This document shows, piece after piece, positions 37,805 to 47,419 of a stretch of DNA of 64,000 nt. The notes beneath the pieces were generated by a model, which did no database searches, was not told the origin of the DNA, and saw only the letters and a list, made by a program, of their open reading frames with translations. The stretch is from NCBI GenBank assembly GCA_016206155.1, contig JACQSC010000001.1, positions 5,105-69,104 of the forward strand, in the 5' to 3' direction. How positions within the stretch are numbered: the stretch's first letter is position 1; every line of letters starts with the position of its first letter. The position numbers and the translations under genes are program-made. The DNA is from Candidatus Uhrbacteria bacterium (GTDB lineage Bacteria > Patescibacteriota > Patescibacteriia > JACQRZ01).

Positions 37805-37847
37805 GGGGTCAGGCACAGATTCGCTTCGCGAAACTGAGCCTGACCCC
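37805..37847. repeat. hairpin with GGGGTCAGG/CCTGACCCC stems (same stem core as the tatD insertion)
   Basis: ggggtcaggc-N23-gcctgacccc. Confidence 0.5.
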
Positions 37848-37856
37848 ACTGAACAA

Positions 37857-37899
37857 ATCAACGGCTAAACCGGTTTAGCCGTTGATTTTTGTTTTGCGA
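37857..37899 (+). terminator. strong intrinsic terminator of the giant gene
   Basis: Perfect 15-bp palindrome atcaacggctaaacc/ggtttagccgttgat followed by ttttgtttt. Confidence 0.75.
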
Positions 37900-37958
37900 G
37901 TGGTATACTAGAACCAACTATAATGTAATGTCTAGATTCCCATAAATTATTCATAGAC

Positions 37959-37987
37959 TGGATCCCGGCCTTCGCCGGGATGACAAA
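37959..37987. repeat. GGATCCCGGC-CTTC-GCCGGGATGAC palindromic element (family B, intergenic copy)
   Basis: Reverse complement of the copies inside uvrB and dus. Confidence 0.7.
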
Positions 37988-37992
37988 TTGCT

Positions 37993-38766
37993 ATGTCATC
38001 CTATTACAAAGGCAAACGATCACGAAACATCTTTGATCCTTTATCTCATGAGCCCTTTAGGGTCTCTCGTTCCAAGATCGAGCTTTTTTCCTCCTGCCCC
38101 CGTTGTTTTTATATCGACGTGCGGCTTGGTGTTGGCCAGCCTCCGGGATTTCCCTTTAATCTCAACTCCGCAGTTGATACTCTTCTTAAAAAAGAGTTTG
38201 ACATACATCGTAGCATGAGCACCGCGCATCCCCTCATGGAGGCGTATGGCCTTGACGCGGTGCCGTTCAGCCACGAGAAAATGGACGAGTGGCGCGATCC
38301 GTTCAAGGGTGTTACGTTTCTCCATGAGCCTACGAATTTTTATGTCACCGGAGGCGTTGATGACGTTTGGCAAAATCCGGAAAAGGAGCTTATCATCGTT
38401 GACTACAAGTCAACAAGTAAGGAAAGCGAGGTAACCATCGATGCGGAGTGGCAGCAATCATACAAGCGCCAGATGGAGATTTATCAGTGGCTCTTTCGCA
38501 ACAACGGTTTCTCCGTATCTGATACGGGGTACTTTGTTTACTGCAACGGCAGGCGCGATGTGGCTGCCTTTGATGGAAAACTTGAATTTGACATTAAGCT
38601 GATTCCCTATACCGGCAGTGACTTGTGGATCGAAAGCGCGCTTGCCAGCATGAAGCAACTACTCATGGCAGATGTGGTCCCTGAACCGGGCGACTGCTGT
38701 GATTTTTGTACCTATCGCCGCGATGCGCGAGAAGTCTTAACGAAACTCGTAACTCGTAACTCGTAA
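37993..38766 (+). CDS. PD-(D/E)XK nuclease, Cas4/RecB-like (solo, no cas neighbours)
   Basis: N-terminal Cys motif (C-X2-C) plus C-terminal CCDFC for an Fe-S cluster; IIVDYKS (D..K) and QMEIY (QhxxY) motifs. Confidence 0.6.
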   Translation: MSSYYKGKRSRNIFDPLSHEPFRVSRSKIELFSSCPRCFYIDVRLGVGQPPGFPFNLNSAVDTLLKKEFDIHRSMSTAHPLMEAYGLDAVPFSHEKMDEWRDPFKGVTFLHEPTNFYVTGGVDDVWQNPEKELIIVDYKSTSKESEVTIDAEWQQSYKRQMEIYQWLFRNNGFSVSDTGYFVYCNGRRDVAAFDGKLEFDIKLIPYTGSDLWIESALASMKQLLMADVVPEPGDCCDFCTYRRDAREVLTKLVTRNS

Positions 38767-38840
38767 CTCGTAACTCGTACAGGGATTGGGAGGCGTCGTT
38801 TTTCCAAATTACAAGTTACGGATTACGAGTTACTGATTAC
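38744..38840. repeat. (CGTAACT)x5 heptamer array followed by inverted AGTTACG copies
   Basis: actcgtaactcgtaactcgtaactcgtaactcgtac ... caagttacggattacgagttactgattac; overlaps the stop codon of the Cas4-like gene. Confidence 0.8.
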
Positions 38841-38846
38841 TATACT

Positions 38847-39848
38847 ATGGTTCTCCTCAAACTCCTCCTCATCTTTTGTTCCCTGGGCGGTTTTTTGCTT
38901 TCGTTGTATATTTTTCATAAAAAGCATCGACACGAAAAAATGTTGTGTCCCATCGGGGGGAAGTGTGAGGCAGTTCTTGCCAGCCAATACAATCGCTTCT
39001 TTGGCATTCCGCTTGAAACCATCGGACTGTTTTATTATGGCGCTGTCTTTATCTTCTCAACCGTGCGCGCGGTTATGGGGGGCGACCCCTTTCCTCTCAT
39101 ATCATTTGCGGTATTCGGCCTGACTATTACGGCATTTTTATTTTCTCTCTATCTCACCTTTATCCAGGCGTTCACGCTCAAGCAATGGTGCACGCTCTGC
39201 CTGACATCCGCCGCTCTGTGCACCATCATTTTTACGAGCACATTCATGACCTCTCAGCAGTCGTTCGTTGCGCTCTTGGGCGCCTACCAACCTCTGGTCA
39301 GCGCATTCTATCTCCTTGCGCTTGCCGTTGGACTTGGATGCGCGACCGTGACTGATGTGTTCTTTTTGAAGTTTCTCCGAGACTATCACATTTCTCAAAG
39401 CGAATATGATGTTCTCTCAACCCTCGCGCAAATGATGTGGGCATCACTCGCGGCGATTATCGTTGCCGGGGTTGGCCTGGCGCTCGGTGCGCCCGATGGA
39501 TACCAACTGCCCCACTCGATGTTCGTAAGCTGGATCGTATTGCTTGTCATTCTCATCAATGCGGCGGTTTTGAATCTTATTGTTGCGCCAAAGCTTCTTC
39601 ATATTTCTTTCCGCGAGAAACATGATCATGAAACGGGAGAGCTTGGCATCATTCACAAGCTTGCGTTTGAGTTGGGCGCCGTGTCTGTTGTTTCATGGTA
39701 TTTCGCCTTTTTTCTTACCGTTATTCCTGATACCGGGTACTCGTTTTTTGCGTTGAGCATATGGTACGGCGTGCTGGTCGTCGTCGGCGTTGCCGTTGGC
39801 CGACTTTTCGAGTATCGCATACGCCAATCTTCAAGAACAGCCGTATGA
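38847..39848 (+). CDS. vitamin K epoxide reductase (VKOR) family membrane protein with a C-terminal membrane extension
   Basis: Loop cysteines CPIGGKC and CTLC active site in a 4-TM core. Confidence 0.6.
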   Translation: MVLLKLLLIFCSLGGFLLSLYIFHKKHRHEKMLCPIGGKCEAVLASQYNRFFGIPLETIGLFYYGAVFIFSTVRAVMGGDPFPLISFAVFGLTITAFLFSLYLTFIQAFTLKQWCTLCLTSAALCTIIFTSTFMTSQQSFVALLGAYQPLVSAFYLLALAVGLGCATVTDVFFLKFLRDYHISQSEYDVLSTLAQMMWASLAAIIVAGVGLALGAPDGYQLPHSMFVSWIVLLVILINAAVLNLIVAPKLLHISFREKHDHETGELGIIHKLAFELGAVSVVSWYFAFFLTVIPDTGYSFFALSIWYGVLVVVGVAVGRLFEYRIRQSSRTAV

Positions 39849-42793
39849 ATGATATTTCAAAGCGCGAAGAAGATGTCTTGAGGTTCTGGGAAGAGCATCA
39901 TATCTTCAGAAAATCAGTTGACCAGCGTCCGGTAGAAAAGCCGTACGTTTTTTATGACGGGCCGCCATTCGCAACCGGTTTGCCGCACTATGGCCACCTC
40001 ATCGCATCGTTGATGAAGGATGTCGTCCCGCGCTACTGGACCATGAAAGGGTATCGGGTCGAGCGCGTATGGGGATGGGACTGTCATGGATTGCCAATTG
40101 AAAATATCATTGAGGAGAAGCTCGGACTCAAAACAAAAAAAGATATTGAAAGTTATGGCATCGATAGATTTAACACCGCTTGCCGTTCAACGGTATTGCA
40201 ATTTGCCGATGAATGGAAAAAAACGATTCGCCGATATGGACGATGGGTTGATATGGAGCGTGCGTATAACACCATGGACCGCTCATATATGGAAAGTGTG
40301 TGGTGGGTATTCTCCGAGCTCTGGAAGAAGGGGCTGATCTATGAGGGGAAAAAGCCCATGCACATCTGTCCGCGCTGCGCAACGCCACTTTCGAACTTTG
40401 AGGTGACCCTTGGTTACAAAGACATCAAGGACATCTCCGCAACCGCAAAGTTTCGATTGACCAACGCGGCAGAGAAGCTCGGACTTTTCGGCGACGTTTT
40501 TTTGTTGGCGTGGACAACGACCCCCTGGACACTGCCGGGTAATGTGCTCTTGGCGGTAGGAAGAGAAATTGACTATGGCATATTCAAAAATGGCCAAGGC
40601 GAACATATCATCTTGGCAAAAAATGCCTTGGACCATTACCAATCATTCGCCGGAAAAGACTATAGATATGTCAAAACCGTCAAAGGCGAAGGATTGGTCG
40701 GGTTGAACTACGAGCCGCTTTTTCCTTATTATACAAACAGTGTGCGTGCCTTTCGTGTCGTGGCTGGTGATTTTGTAACGACAGATGAAGGAACTGGCGT
40801 GGTGCACATTGCGCCGGCGTTTGGCGAGGACGACTTTGCGATTGCCGAGAAAGAATGTACCGGATTCATCCAGCATGTGACACTCGAGGGGACGTTCGTA
40901 CCCGAGGTGAGTGATTTTGCCGGCATGCCGGTCAAGCCAAAGGAAGATCCGACGCGCGCCGATGTTGAAATTATAAAATATCTTGCAAAACATGGCAGGC
41001 TTTTTGCAAAAGAAAAAATAGAACACAGCTATCCCCATTGTTGGCGGTGCGATACGCCCCTGCTCAATTACGCAACAAGCAGTTGGTTTGTGCGGGTAAC
41101 GGAGCTGAAAAAAGATCTCTTGACAGCCAACAAACAGACATCATGGGTTCCAGAACACATGAAGGATGGAAGGTTCGGCAAATGGCTTGCCGGCGCGCGT
41201 GACTGGGCGATTTCCCGCAACCGCTACTGGGGAACGCCATTGCCAATGTGGAGAAGCCAGGACGGCGAGGTGGTCTGTGTTGGAAGCGCGCGCGAGCTTG
41301 AGGAGCTTTCCGGGCATGCTATCGACGATCTTCACAAGGATGCGGTTGATGCTATCACATTTGAAAAAGACGGAAAGCTGTTTATGCGCATCCCCGATGT
41401 GCTCGATTGCTGGTTCGAGTCAGGATCGATGCCGTACGGACAAATGCACTATCCTTTTGAGAATAAGGAAAAATTCGAGCAGGGATTTCCCGCTGAGTTC
41501 ATCGCCGAAGGGCAAGATCAGACGCGTGGCTGGTTCTACACCCTGCATGTGCTTGCGGTTGCGCTGACGCGCGGAAAACAGCCATCGATTCCGCTGCGCG
41601 GCCCACTGCCGGCATTCAGGCACGTCATCGTTAACGGCATTGTGTTGGCTCAGGATGGCAAGAAGATGTCAAAAAAACTAAAAAATTATCCAGACCCTAT
41701 GGAGGTCATATCGAGATACGGCGCAGACGCCATGCGGTTCTATCTTGCCGCATCGCCTGCCATGCATGCGGAGAATTTGAATTTTTCCGAAGGTGGCGTT
41801 CGCGAGATGTATAATAAATGCGTCAATACCGTATGGAATATCGCGCAATTTTATACAATGTTTGCATCATTTCCTCACGCGCGGCTCGATCCGCGGGCAT
41901 TCCCCCATATTCTTGATCGCTGGATTCTTTCGCGCCTGCACAATACGCTCAAAAAAGTAACCACACATCTCAATGCCTACGAACTTGCGCAGAGCACGCG
42001 GCCGCTGCTGGAGTTTATTAGCGACTGCTCGCAGTGGTATGTGCGCCGTTCGCGCGAACGGTTTAAGGGTGAGATGTCAGAGGATCGCGGACAGGCGCTT
42101 GCAACATTACGCGAGGTCTTGTGCGTGCTTTCTAAGATCATTGCGCCGTTTACGCCATTTTTGGCTGAAGCGATACATCAAGGGTTAAGGGTTCAGGGTT
42201 CAGGGTTCAGCAAGGTGGAGTCTGTGCATTTAGAGCAATGGCCCGACTGGGACAATGCGTTTATCGACGAGAATCTCGAACGTGATATTGAGGATGCGCG
42301 CAGCATTGTCGAGATTGCGCACGCCCTTCGCGCGGAGGCGAACATGAAGGTGCGTCAGCCGCTTTCAACGCTCGTGTGTTCACAGCCGTTGCCGCGCGCT
42401 TTTCTGGATATGATTGCTGAGGAAGTAAATGTCAGAGAGGTTGTTGTAAAACCCAACCCAAAAGGAGGGGAGGGGTGGCATCTCAGGAGCGAAAAGAACC
42501 TGGCCGTTGCGCTGAACACAACCCTGACCGCAGAACTTGAAGAAGAGGGGGTGGTGCGCGAGATGATCCGCACCGTGAATGCATTGCGAAAAAAACGTGG
42601 ACTGACGATCCATGACATGGTTTCGTTTTGCTATTATACCGACGATCCGCGCCTTACAGATCTCATCGATCGCCATAGAGAAAAAATCGCAAAAAGTATT
42701 TTAGCAGAATCGCTTCGGTTGAAAAAAACAGCGTCAATGGATGAGCTGTCTGTGGGCGATCAAAAGGTTTTCATTTCCTTGAGTGTGACATGA
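39845..42793 (+). CDS. ileS: isoleucine--tRNA ligase (type 2, no C-terminal zinc finger)
   Basis: PPFATGLPHYGH (HIGH), GWDCHGLPIE, KMSKKLKN (KMSKS); start at ATG 39845, overlapping the upstream stop by ATGA. Confidence 0.9.
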   Translation: MNDISKREEDVLRFWEEHHIFRKSVDQRPVEKPYVFYDGPPFATGLPHYGHLIASLMKDVVPRYWTMKGYRVERVWGWDCHGLPIENIIEEKLGLKTKKDIESYGIDRFNTACRSTVLQFADEWKKTIRRYGRWVDMERAYNTMDRSYMESVWWVFSELWKKGLIYEGKKPMHICPRCATPLSNFEVTLGYKDIKDISATAKFRLTNAAEKLGLFGDVFLLAWTTTPWTLPGNVLLAVGREIDYGIFKNGQGEHIILAKNALDHYQSFAGKDYRYVKTVKGEGLVGLNYEPLFPYYTNSVRAFRVVAGDFVTTDEGTGVVHIAPAFGEDDFAIAEKECTGFIQHVTLEGTFVPEVSDFAGMPVKPKEDPTRADVEIIKYLAKHGRLFAKEKIEHSYPHCWRCDTPLLNYATSSWFVRVTELKKDLLTANKQTSWVPEHMKDGRFGKWLAGARDWAISRNRYWGTPLPMWRSQDGEVVCVGSARELEELSGHAIDDLHKDAVDAITFEKDGKLFMRIPDVLDCWFESGSMPYGQMHYPFENKEKFEQGFPAEFIAEGQDQTRGWFYTLHVLAVALTRGKQPSIPLRGPLPAFRHVIVNGIVLAQDGKKMSKKLKNYPDPMEVISRYGADAMRFYLAASPAMHAENLNFSEGGVREMYNKCVNTVWNIAQFYTMFASFPHARLDPRAFPHILDRWILSRLHNTLKKVTTHLNAYELAQSTRPLLEFISDCSQWYVRRSRERFKGEMSEDRGQALATLREVLCVLSKIIAPFTPFLAEAIHQGLRVQGSGFSKVESVHLEQWPDWDNAFIDENLERDIEDARSIVEIAHALRAEANMKVRQPLSTLVCSQPLPRAFLDMIAEEVNVREVVVKPNPKGGEGWHLRSEKNLAVALNTTLTAELEEEGVVREMIRTVNALRKKRGLTIHDMVSFCYYTDDPRLTDLIDRHREKIAKSILAESLRLKKTASMDELSVGDQKVFISLSVT
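42181..42210. repeat. in-frame G-quadruplex-type repeat GGGTTAAGGGTTCAGGGTTCAGGGTTCAG inside ileS
   Basis: Four GGG tracts with 4-nt spacers; encodes GLRVQGSGFS. Confidence 0.7.
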
Positions 42794-42883
42794 GGCCCAA
42801 ACGGCAGTGCGTTAAGCAAAAAAATGTCCCACCACACAAGATGTCCACATACGATAATTGTTCGGATGTGATACAATTATATT

Positions 42884-42916
42884 AACCCCTAACCCCAAAC
42901 CCCAAACCCCAAACCT
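42884..42916. repeat. C-rich heptamer array (CCCCTAA/CCCCAAA variants) downstream of ileS
   Basis: taacccctaaccccaaaccccaaaccccaaacc. Confidence 0.8.
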
Positions 42917-43011
42917 ATGGCCCCCCAAAAAAAGAAAAAGCAGACAACCGGCATCAAGCTGCCAAAGCTCGTTCGCCACACCAAGAAAGCAAAACGGAAG
43001 TAATTTATTTT

Positions 43012-44397
43012 ATGGTAAAAAGTAAAAAGAAAAAAGAGGAAGGCCACGAGCACTTTAAGAGCGCGTGGGTTGTGACGGTTGATATGGGGTATGGCCACCA
43101 GCGCGCCGCATACCCAATGCATGATATTGCCCACAAGGGCATTATCACAATGAATAATTACAAGGGCCTTCCGCGATCCGAAAGAGAGCTGTGGATTAAA
43201 AGCAGGGAGGGATATGAGTTTGTTTCTCGCATTCAGGCGCGCAGCGTGATTGGCAAGTACGTCTTTGAATTGTTTGATAAGATTCAGGAAATTCCGAGTT
43301 TCTACCCTCGCCGCGATCTCTCGCGCCCCAATCTTCAGCTTCTTCAGACCTATGCCATGATTGAAAGGCAGGGTCTTGGCAAACATCTCTTCACTAAGGT
43401 ATTGGTAGAAAATCAGCACCTGCCTCTCCTCTGCACCTTCTTTCTCCCCGCTTTTGCCGCAGAGCACTACGGGTATGAAGGGGAGATCTATTGTCAGGTA
43501 TGCGATGCGGACGTGAGCCGTACGTGGGTGCCAAAAGATCCAAAGCGCAGCAGGATCAAGTACCTTGCGCCGAACAAGCGCGTTGTAGAGCGCTTAAAAC
43601 TCTATGGCGTGAAAGAAGAAAATATCTTTTTTACCGGCTTTCCGCTACCAAAGGAAAATATCGGCAATGCCGATTTGGAGATTTTGAAGAAGGATCTTGG
43701 GGCGCGGCTCTTGAATCTCGACCCGCATCGTCTTACGCTTCACAAGTTTGGACATATCATTAATTATCACCTTGGGAAAAAATATATTCCAAAGCGCGCA
43801 GCGCATCCTCTGACGCTGGTATTTGCTGTTGGAGGCGCCGGCGCGCAAAGTGATATTGGTGAGGCGATTATCAAGAGTTTGCGCCAAAGGATTCTTGGCG
43901 GTGAGCTGCGCCTTCATTTGATAGCCGGAGTGCGCAAGGAGGTAAAAGATTTTTTTGAAGAGCAGGTAAAAAAAAATACACTGGAGGAGGAGCTGGGGCG
44001 CGGTGTTCGCATTTTTTACGAAAAATCAAAACTGGACTATTTCAAGAAATTCAACGAGCTTTTGAGAAAAACCGATATTCTCTGGACCAAGCCATCGGAA
44101 CTCTCGTTTTATACGGCCCTGGGACTTCCGATCATAATGGCGCCTTCGGTGGGTTCGCAAGAGGACTTCAATCGCACATGGCTCAAGACCGTCGGCGGCG
44201 GCATTTCACAGGACGATCCGCGGTATGCCGATGAGTGGCTCTTTGACTGGATTGAGAGCGGATGGCTTGCCCGCGCCGCGCTGAATGGTTTTATTGAGGC
44301 GCCGATTATGGGAACGTACGCTGCGCAGCGATTGGTCCTGACCGCGCACGATCATGAAGCCGAGAGAATAGAAGAAAAGTCGCCACTTGCGGTTTGA
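43012..44397 (+). CDS. GT28/MGDG-synthase-like (UgtP-like) glycosyltransferase
   Basis: N-terminal MGYGHQRAA (G-x-G-H-x-x-A-A) and C-terminal LGLPIIMAPSVGSQE..N blocks resemble diacylglycerol glycosyltransferases. Confidence 0.45.
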   Translation: MVKSKKKKEEGHEHFKSAWVVTVDMGYGHQRAAYPMHDIAHKGIITMNNYKGLPRSERELWIKSREGYEFVSRIQARSVIGKYVFELFDKIQEIPSFYPRRDLSRPNLQLLQTYAMIERQGLGKHLFTKVLVENQHLPLLCTFFLPAFAAEHYGYEGEIYCQVCDADVSRTWVPKDPKRSRIKYLAPNKRVVERLKLYGVKEENIFFTGFPLPKENIGNADLEILKKDLGARLLNLDPHRLTLHKFGHIINYHLGKKYIPKRAAHPLTLVFAVGGAGAQSDIGEAIIKSLRQRILGGELRLHLIAGVRKEVKDFFEEQVKKNTLEEELGRGVRIFYEKSKLDYFKKFNELLRKTDILWTKPSELSFYTALGLPIIMAPSVGSQEDFNRTWLKTVGGGISQDDPRYADEWLFDWIESGWLARAALNGFIEAPIMGTYAAQRLVLTAHDHEAERIEEKSPLAV

Positions 44398-44406
44398 GCC
44401 AACGCC

Positions 44407-45417
44407 ATGAACCGGTTGAAAAAATTTTTACTCATCGTTTTTTTCGGCGGGAGCGCGTTCTTTGGGCTTTTTCTTATTCTCCTCAATCTTCCCGGATCGC
44501 AAAGCGAAAAGACGCCGGTGTTTGGCGTCAGCTTTACGCCCGCGTACGCGACAAGCCTTGATCTTAATTGGCAAGCTGCCTATACCGCGATGCTTGATGA
44601 TTTGGGTGTGCGGCATTTTCGCCTTTCTGCACAGTGGGACACGATTGAACCCATTGACAACACCTATAGCCTTGACGATCTTGATTTTCAGATGGATGAG
44701 GCGATGCGCCGCGGCGCAGAGGTTCTGCTTGGTGTGGGCCGCAAGCTTCCGCGTTGGCCCGAATGCCATGATCCCGCATGGGCAAAAGGATTGACAAAAA
44801 AGGAGCGCAGAGAAAAAATTCTTGAGAACGTCCGCGTTGTTGTCGAGCGGTATAAGGATCATCCCGCGCTCAAGCGATGGCAGGTGGAGAACGAGGTACT
44901 CTTTCCTTTCGGCGTGTGTCCCGATGGTTTTGACATCGCTCTTTTAAAGAAAGAAATTGAACTGGTGCGCTCGCTTGATGACCGGCATGAGATTGTTATG
45001 ACCGATTCGGGAGAGTGGACGTTCTGGATTCCAATTGCGTTCTATGGTGACGTTCTTGGCATCAGCATGTATCGTGAAGCGTGGAATGAACTTTTGAATA
45101 TGCATATCCAGTTTCCCATTAACGAGGGATGGTATCAGTTGCGCAGCCGTTTGGTTGCCCCATGGAAGGAATCGATTATAGTGACCGAACTGCAAACAGA
45201 GCCTTGGGCGGGAAAAGCCATTAAGGACATGGCGCCTGAGGAGTCGCTGAAGTGGATGCCATTGGAAAAAATTCAAGAAAACATCCGCTTTGCGAAAAAT
45301 GTTGGACTGAGCGAAGTATATCTTTGGGGGGCTGAGTGGTGGTACTTCCTCCGTCAGCAGGGATATCCAGAAATTTGGAACGGGCTGAAGGAGGTGTTTA
45401 TAGGTCAACAAAAATGA
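44407..45417 (+). CDS. membrane-anchored putative glycoside hydrolase (TIM-barrel, GH5-like)
   Basis: N-terminal TM helix; WQVENEV (NE catalytic-acid-like motif). Confidence 0.35.
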   Translation: MNRLKKFLLIVFFGGSAFFGLFLILLNLPGSQSEKTPVFGVSFTPAYATSLDLNWQAAYTAMLDDLGVRHFRLSAQWDTIEPIDNTYSLDDLDFQMDEAMRRGAEVLLGVGRKLPRWPECHDPAWAKGLTKKERREKILENVRVVVERYKDHPALKRWQVENEVLFPFGVCPDGFDIALLKKEIELVRSLDDRHEIVMTDSGEWTFWIPIAFYGDVLGISMYREAWNELLNMHIQFPINEGWYQLRSRLVAPWKESIIVTELQTEPWAGKAIKDMAPEESLKWMPLEKIQENIRFAKNVGLSEVYLWGAEWWYFLRQQGYPEIWNGLKEVFIGQQK

Positions 45418-45674
45418 ACGATATCGCGGTGGGACGCACCGTGAGCGTCGAGGGCGAGGTTTCGGGATATACCGTCAGCAATGGAAAGTGGATCTTTTTT
45501 GATTTAAAGGACGAGCAAGGGAAGATCGGTTGTTTTACCGCCGCGTTGAATCTGTCACAAGCGTTTGAAGACGGCATGCAGATTGTTGTCCATTATTCTT
45601 TTCCAAAAAAGTGGAGAACGCTTGATATCTTCTCCTCGACGCTGAGCAATCCCGAATTCAAGGTAAGGTGGTAG
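45414..45674 (+). CDS. OB-fold nucleic-acid-binding protein (XseA N-terminal-like)
   Basis: VSVEGEVSGYTVSNGKWIFFDLKDEQGKI pattern of the tRNA_anti-like OB fold; overlaps the upstream stop. Confidence 0.35.
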   Translation: MNDIAVGRTVSVEGEVSGYTVSNGKWIFFDLKDEQGKIGCFTAALNLSQAFEDGMQIVVHYSFPKKWRTLDIFSSTLSNPEFKVRW

Positions 45675-46204
45675 CCGGCAGGGTCGCGATAGTCATACCA
45701 CTCGCCGTAAATTTTTTTTGAAACAGTGAGCTGACGCTCTTCTCGTTGATTTAAGAGCATTTTGATTTCGTCAAGCGTTTTCCCCGCGTATTTATTCGTC
45801 TGCGTTGCCCGTTCAGCTCGAATCTGCACCGGCGCGGTAATAAAAACCCGCAAGACAGGTAAACCGTCGCCGATGATACCATGCCACATGTCGCCAATGA
45901 CGTTTCCACGCTCGAGCATCTCGTGCGCGCGCTGGTCCATTGCGCTGTCTTCCTCAAGGGTAATGGTGGTGAGATAGTTTTCGAACGACACCTCCTTATC
46001 GGGGTACTTTTTTGTCCATTCTTCCCGCCAGAGTCCGCCAACATAGAATACGGGCCATCCCAACACCTCGGCAAGCTGGCGCGATGTTGTGGTCTTTCCC
46101 GAACCGGGAAGTCCCGAGAAGAGAATGCCGGAATATCGTTTTCCCATTGATTTTTCAGGCATAATTTGATACGCTGGAACAAGAATCTTATTGACCTTCA
46201 CCAA
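45593..46204 (-). CDS. P-loop kinase, cytidylate kinase-like family
   Basis: Walker A motif GLPGSGKTT; about 200 aa. Confidence 0.5.
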   Translation of the reverse strand: MVKVNKILVPAYQIMPEKSMGKRYSGILFSGLPGSGKTTTSRQLAEVLGWPVFYVGGLWREEWTKKYPDKEVSFENYLTTITLEEDSAMDQRAHEMLERGNVIGDMWHGIIGDGLPVLRVFITAPVQIRAERATQTNKYAGKTLDEIKMLLNQREERQLTVSKKIYGEWYDYRDPAGYHLTLNSGLLSVEEKISSVLHFFGKE

Positions 46205-46383
46205 TTACCTTAACGAAAAACCTATGATTTTGGCCAGCTCCTTGCTCTTCGCCGCAAAAAATTCTCATCGTACTGATAGTACGACTGCGGTTTTTTACGC
46301 CTCCAGAGCAGCAGATCTGTCTCAAAATCATACACTTTTTCTTGTTAACGCAATTGGTGAAGGTCAATAAAGCTGACAGCGTT

Positions 46384-47226
46384 ATGACGCATGAAACCGC
46401 GCAGGCAATACTACGATTGAATCGGGAGACATACGAAAAGATCGCTCCCGAGTTTGACAAAAGCCGAAACGTCCTTTGGGATGATTTTAGCATCTTCGAC
46501 GCATATGTCAAAGAAGGCATGCGGGTGTTGGATATCGGCTGTGGAAGCGCGCGGCTCTTTCGTTACCTGCGCGACAAGGGGGTGCGGTACATCGGTATTG
46601 ATAACAATCAATACCTTATCGAAAAAGCGCGCGAACGATATCCGAGGGGCACGTTTATTCACGGAGACGTCTTGCAGCTTGAAAAGATTCCCGAGCTTTC
46701 CGGCCAGACTTTTGACTGCGTTTTTTGCATCTCTCTGCTCTCGCACATTCCGTCGCACGAGTATCGGCGGTACGCTCTCTTGGGAATGCGCACCTTTGTG
46801 CGGCCGACGGGGACGCTGATGATGCTTAACTGGAATCTTTGGCGGCCAGGCATACGTCCCGGATGGCGCCAGAAGAACATTTGGACGGGCAATCTTCAGC
46901 GGCTGTTTCTTGAAACCGATGTATGGACACTTCGGTATCGCGTTCCCGAGCGAAAGCTTGGTTTGCGCGATGTCATGGCTTGGTGGGGCGATTCATATTA
47001 CGGGTGGCCGCTCTATTACCGCGCATTTACCGCAGGTGAATTAAAGAAGCTTTGTGTCAGGGTTGGATTTCGTGATGTGACCTCGTTCTATGTGCGTCGC
47101 GGCAGGCACGCCTTGTGGTGGAATGGGCGTACGATTGCGACTATGGCGCACATGACGCCGATTCCACTTCAGAATAAGGCGGCTGTTCAAGAAAAGATTG
47201 TCGTTTCTGCAGTCAGTCCGGCCTAG
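46384..47226 (+). CDS. class I SAM-dependent methyltransferase
   Basis: Motif I VLDIGCGSARL. Confidence 0.65.
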   Translation: MTHETAQAILRLNRETYEKIAPEFDKSRNVLWDDFSIFDAYVKEGMRVLDIGCGSARLFRYLRDKGVRYIGIDNNQYLIEKARERYPRGTFIHGDVLQLEKIPELSGQTFDCVFCISLLSHIPSHEYRRYALLGMRTFVRPTGTLMMLNWNLWRPGIRPGWRQKNIWTGNLQRLFLETDVWTLRYRVPERKLGLRDVMAWWGDSYYGWPLYYRAFTAGELKKLCVRVGFRDVTSFYVRRGRHALWWNGRTIATMAHMTPIPLQNKAAVQEKIVVSAVSPA

Positions 47227-47236
47227 GGATTTTCCT

Positions 47237-47419
47237 ATGAATCGCCACAAGACACGAGCGGAAAAGCGCGAAGAAATTGATCAAAAAGCAAAAACAGCGC
47301 CGCGCGGCGGTACGCGCGCAGGGCAAGCTGCGAATACAGCCGTACGCCGCGGGTATGCGGGCTTGCCAAAGGGATTGAAGATACGAGTTTATAAAGAGAA
47401 GAATGCCGAGCGTATATGA
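47237..47419 (+). CDS. small basic hypothetical protein
   Basis: 60-aa Lys/Arg-rich ORF. Confidence 0.25.
   Translation: MNRHKTRAEKREEIDQKAKTAPRGGTRAGQAANTAVRRGYAGLPKGLKIRVYKEKNAERI

Noticed and set aside
39761-39844. N-terminal extension of ileS (annotated ORF start at 39761) overlapping the VKOR gene
   Set aside because: The conserved IleRS sequence begins at MNDISKREEDVLRFWEEH (ATG 39845), which overlaps the VKOR stop in an ATGA coupling. The upstream extension is Arg-rich junk in the VKOR coding region.
42181-42210. Sequencing or assembly artefact explaining the in-frame repeat segments
   Set aside because: I cannot exclude this from sequence alone. But six independent genes show in-frame insertions that all preserve the reading frame and flanking conserved motifs. 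Random assembly error is unlikely to do that.
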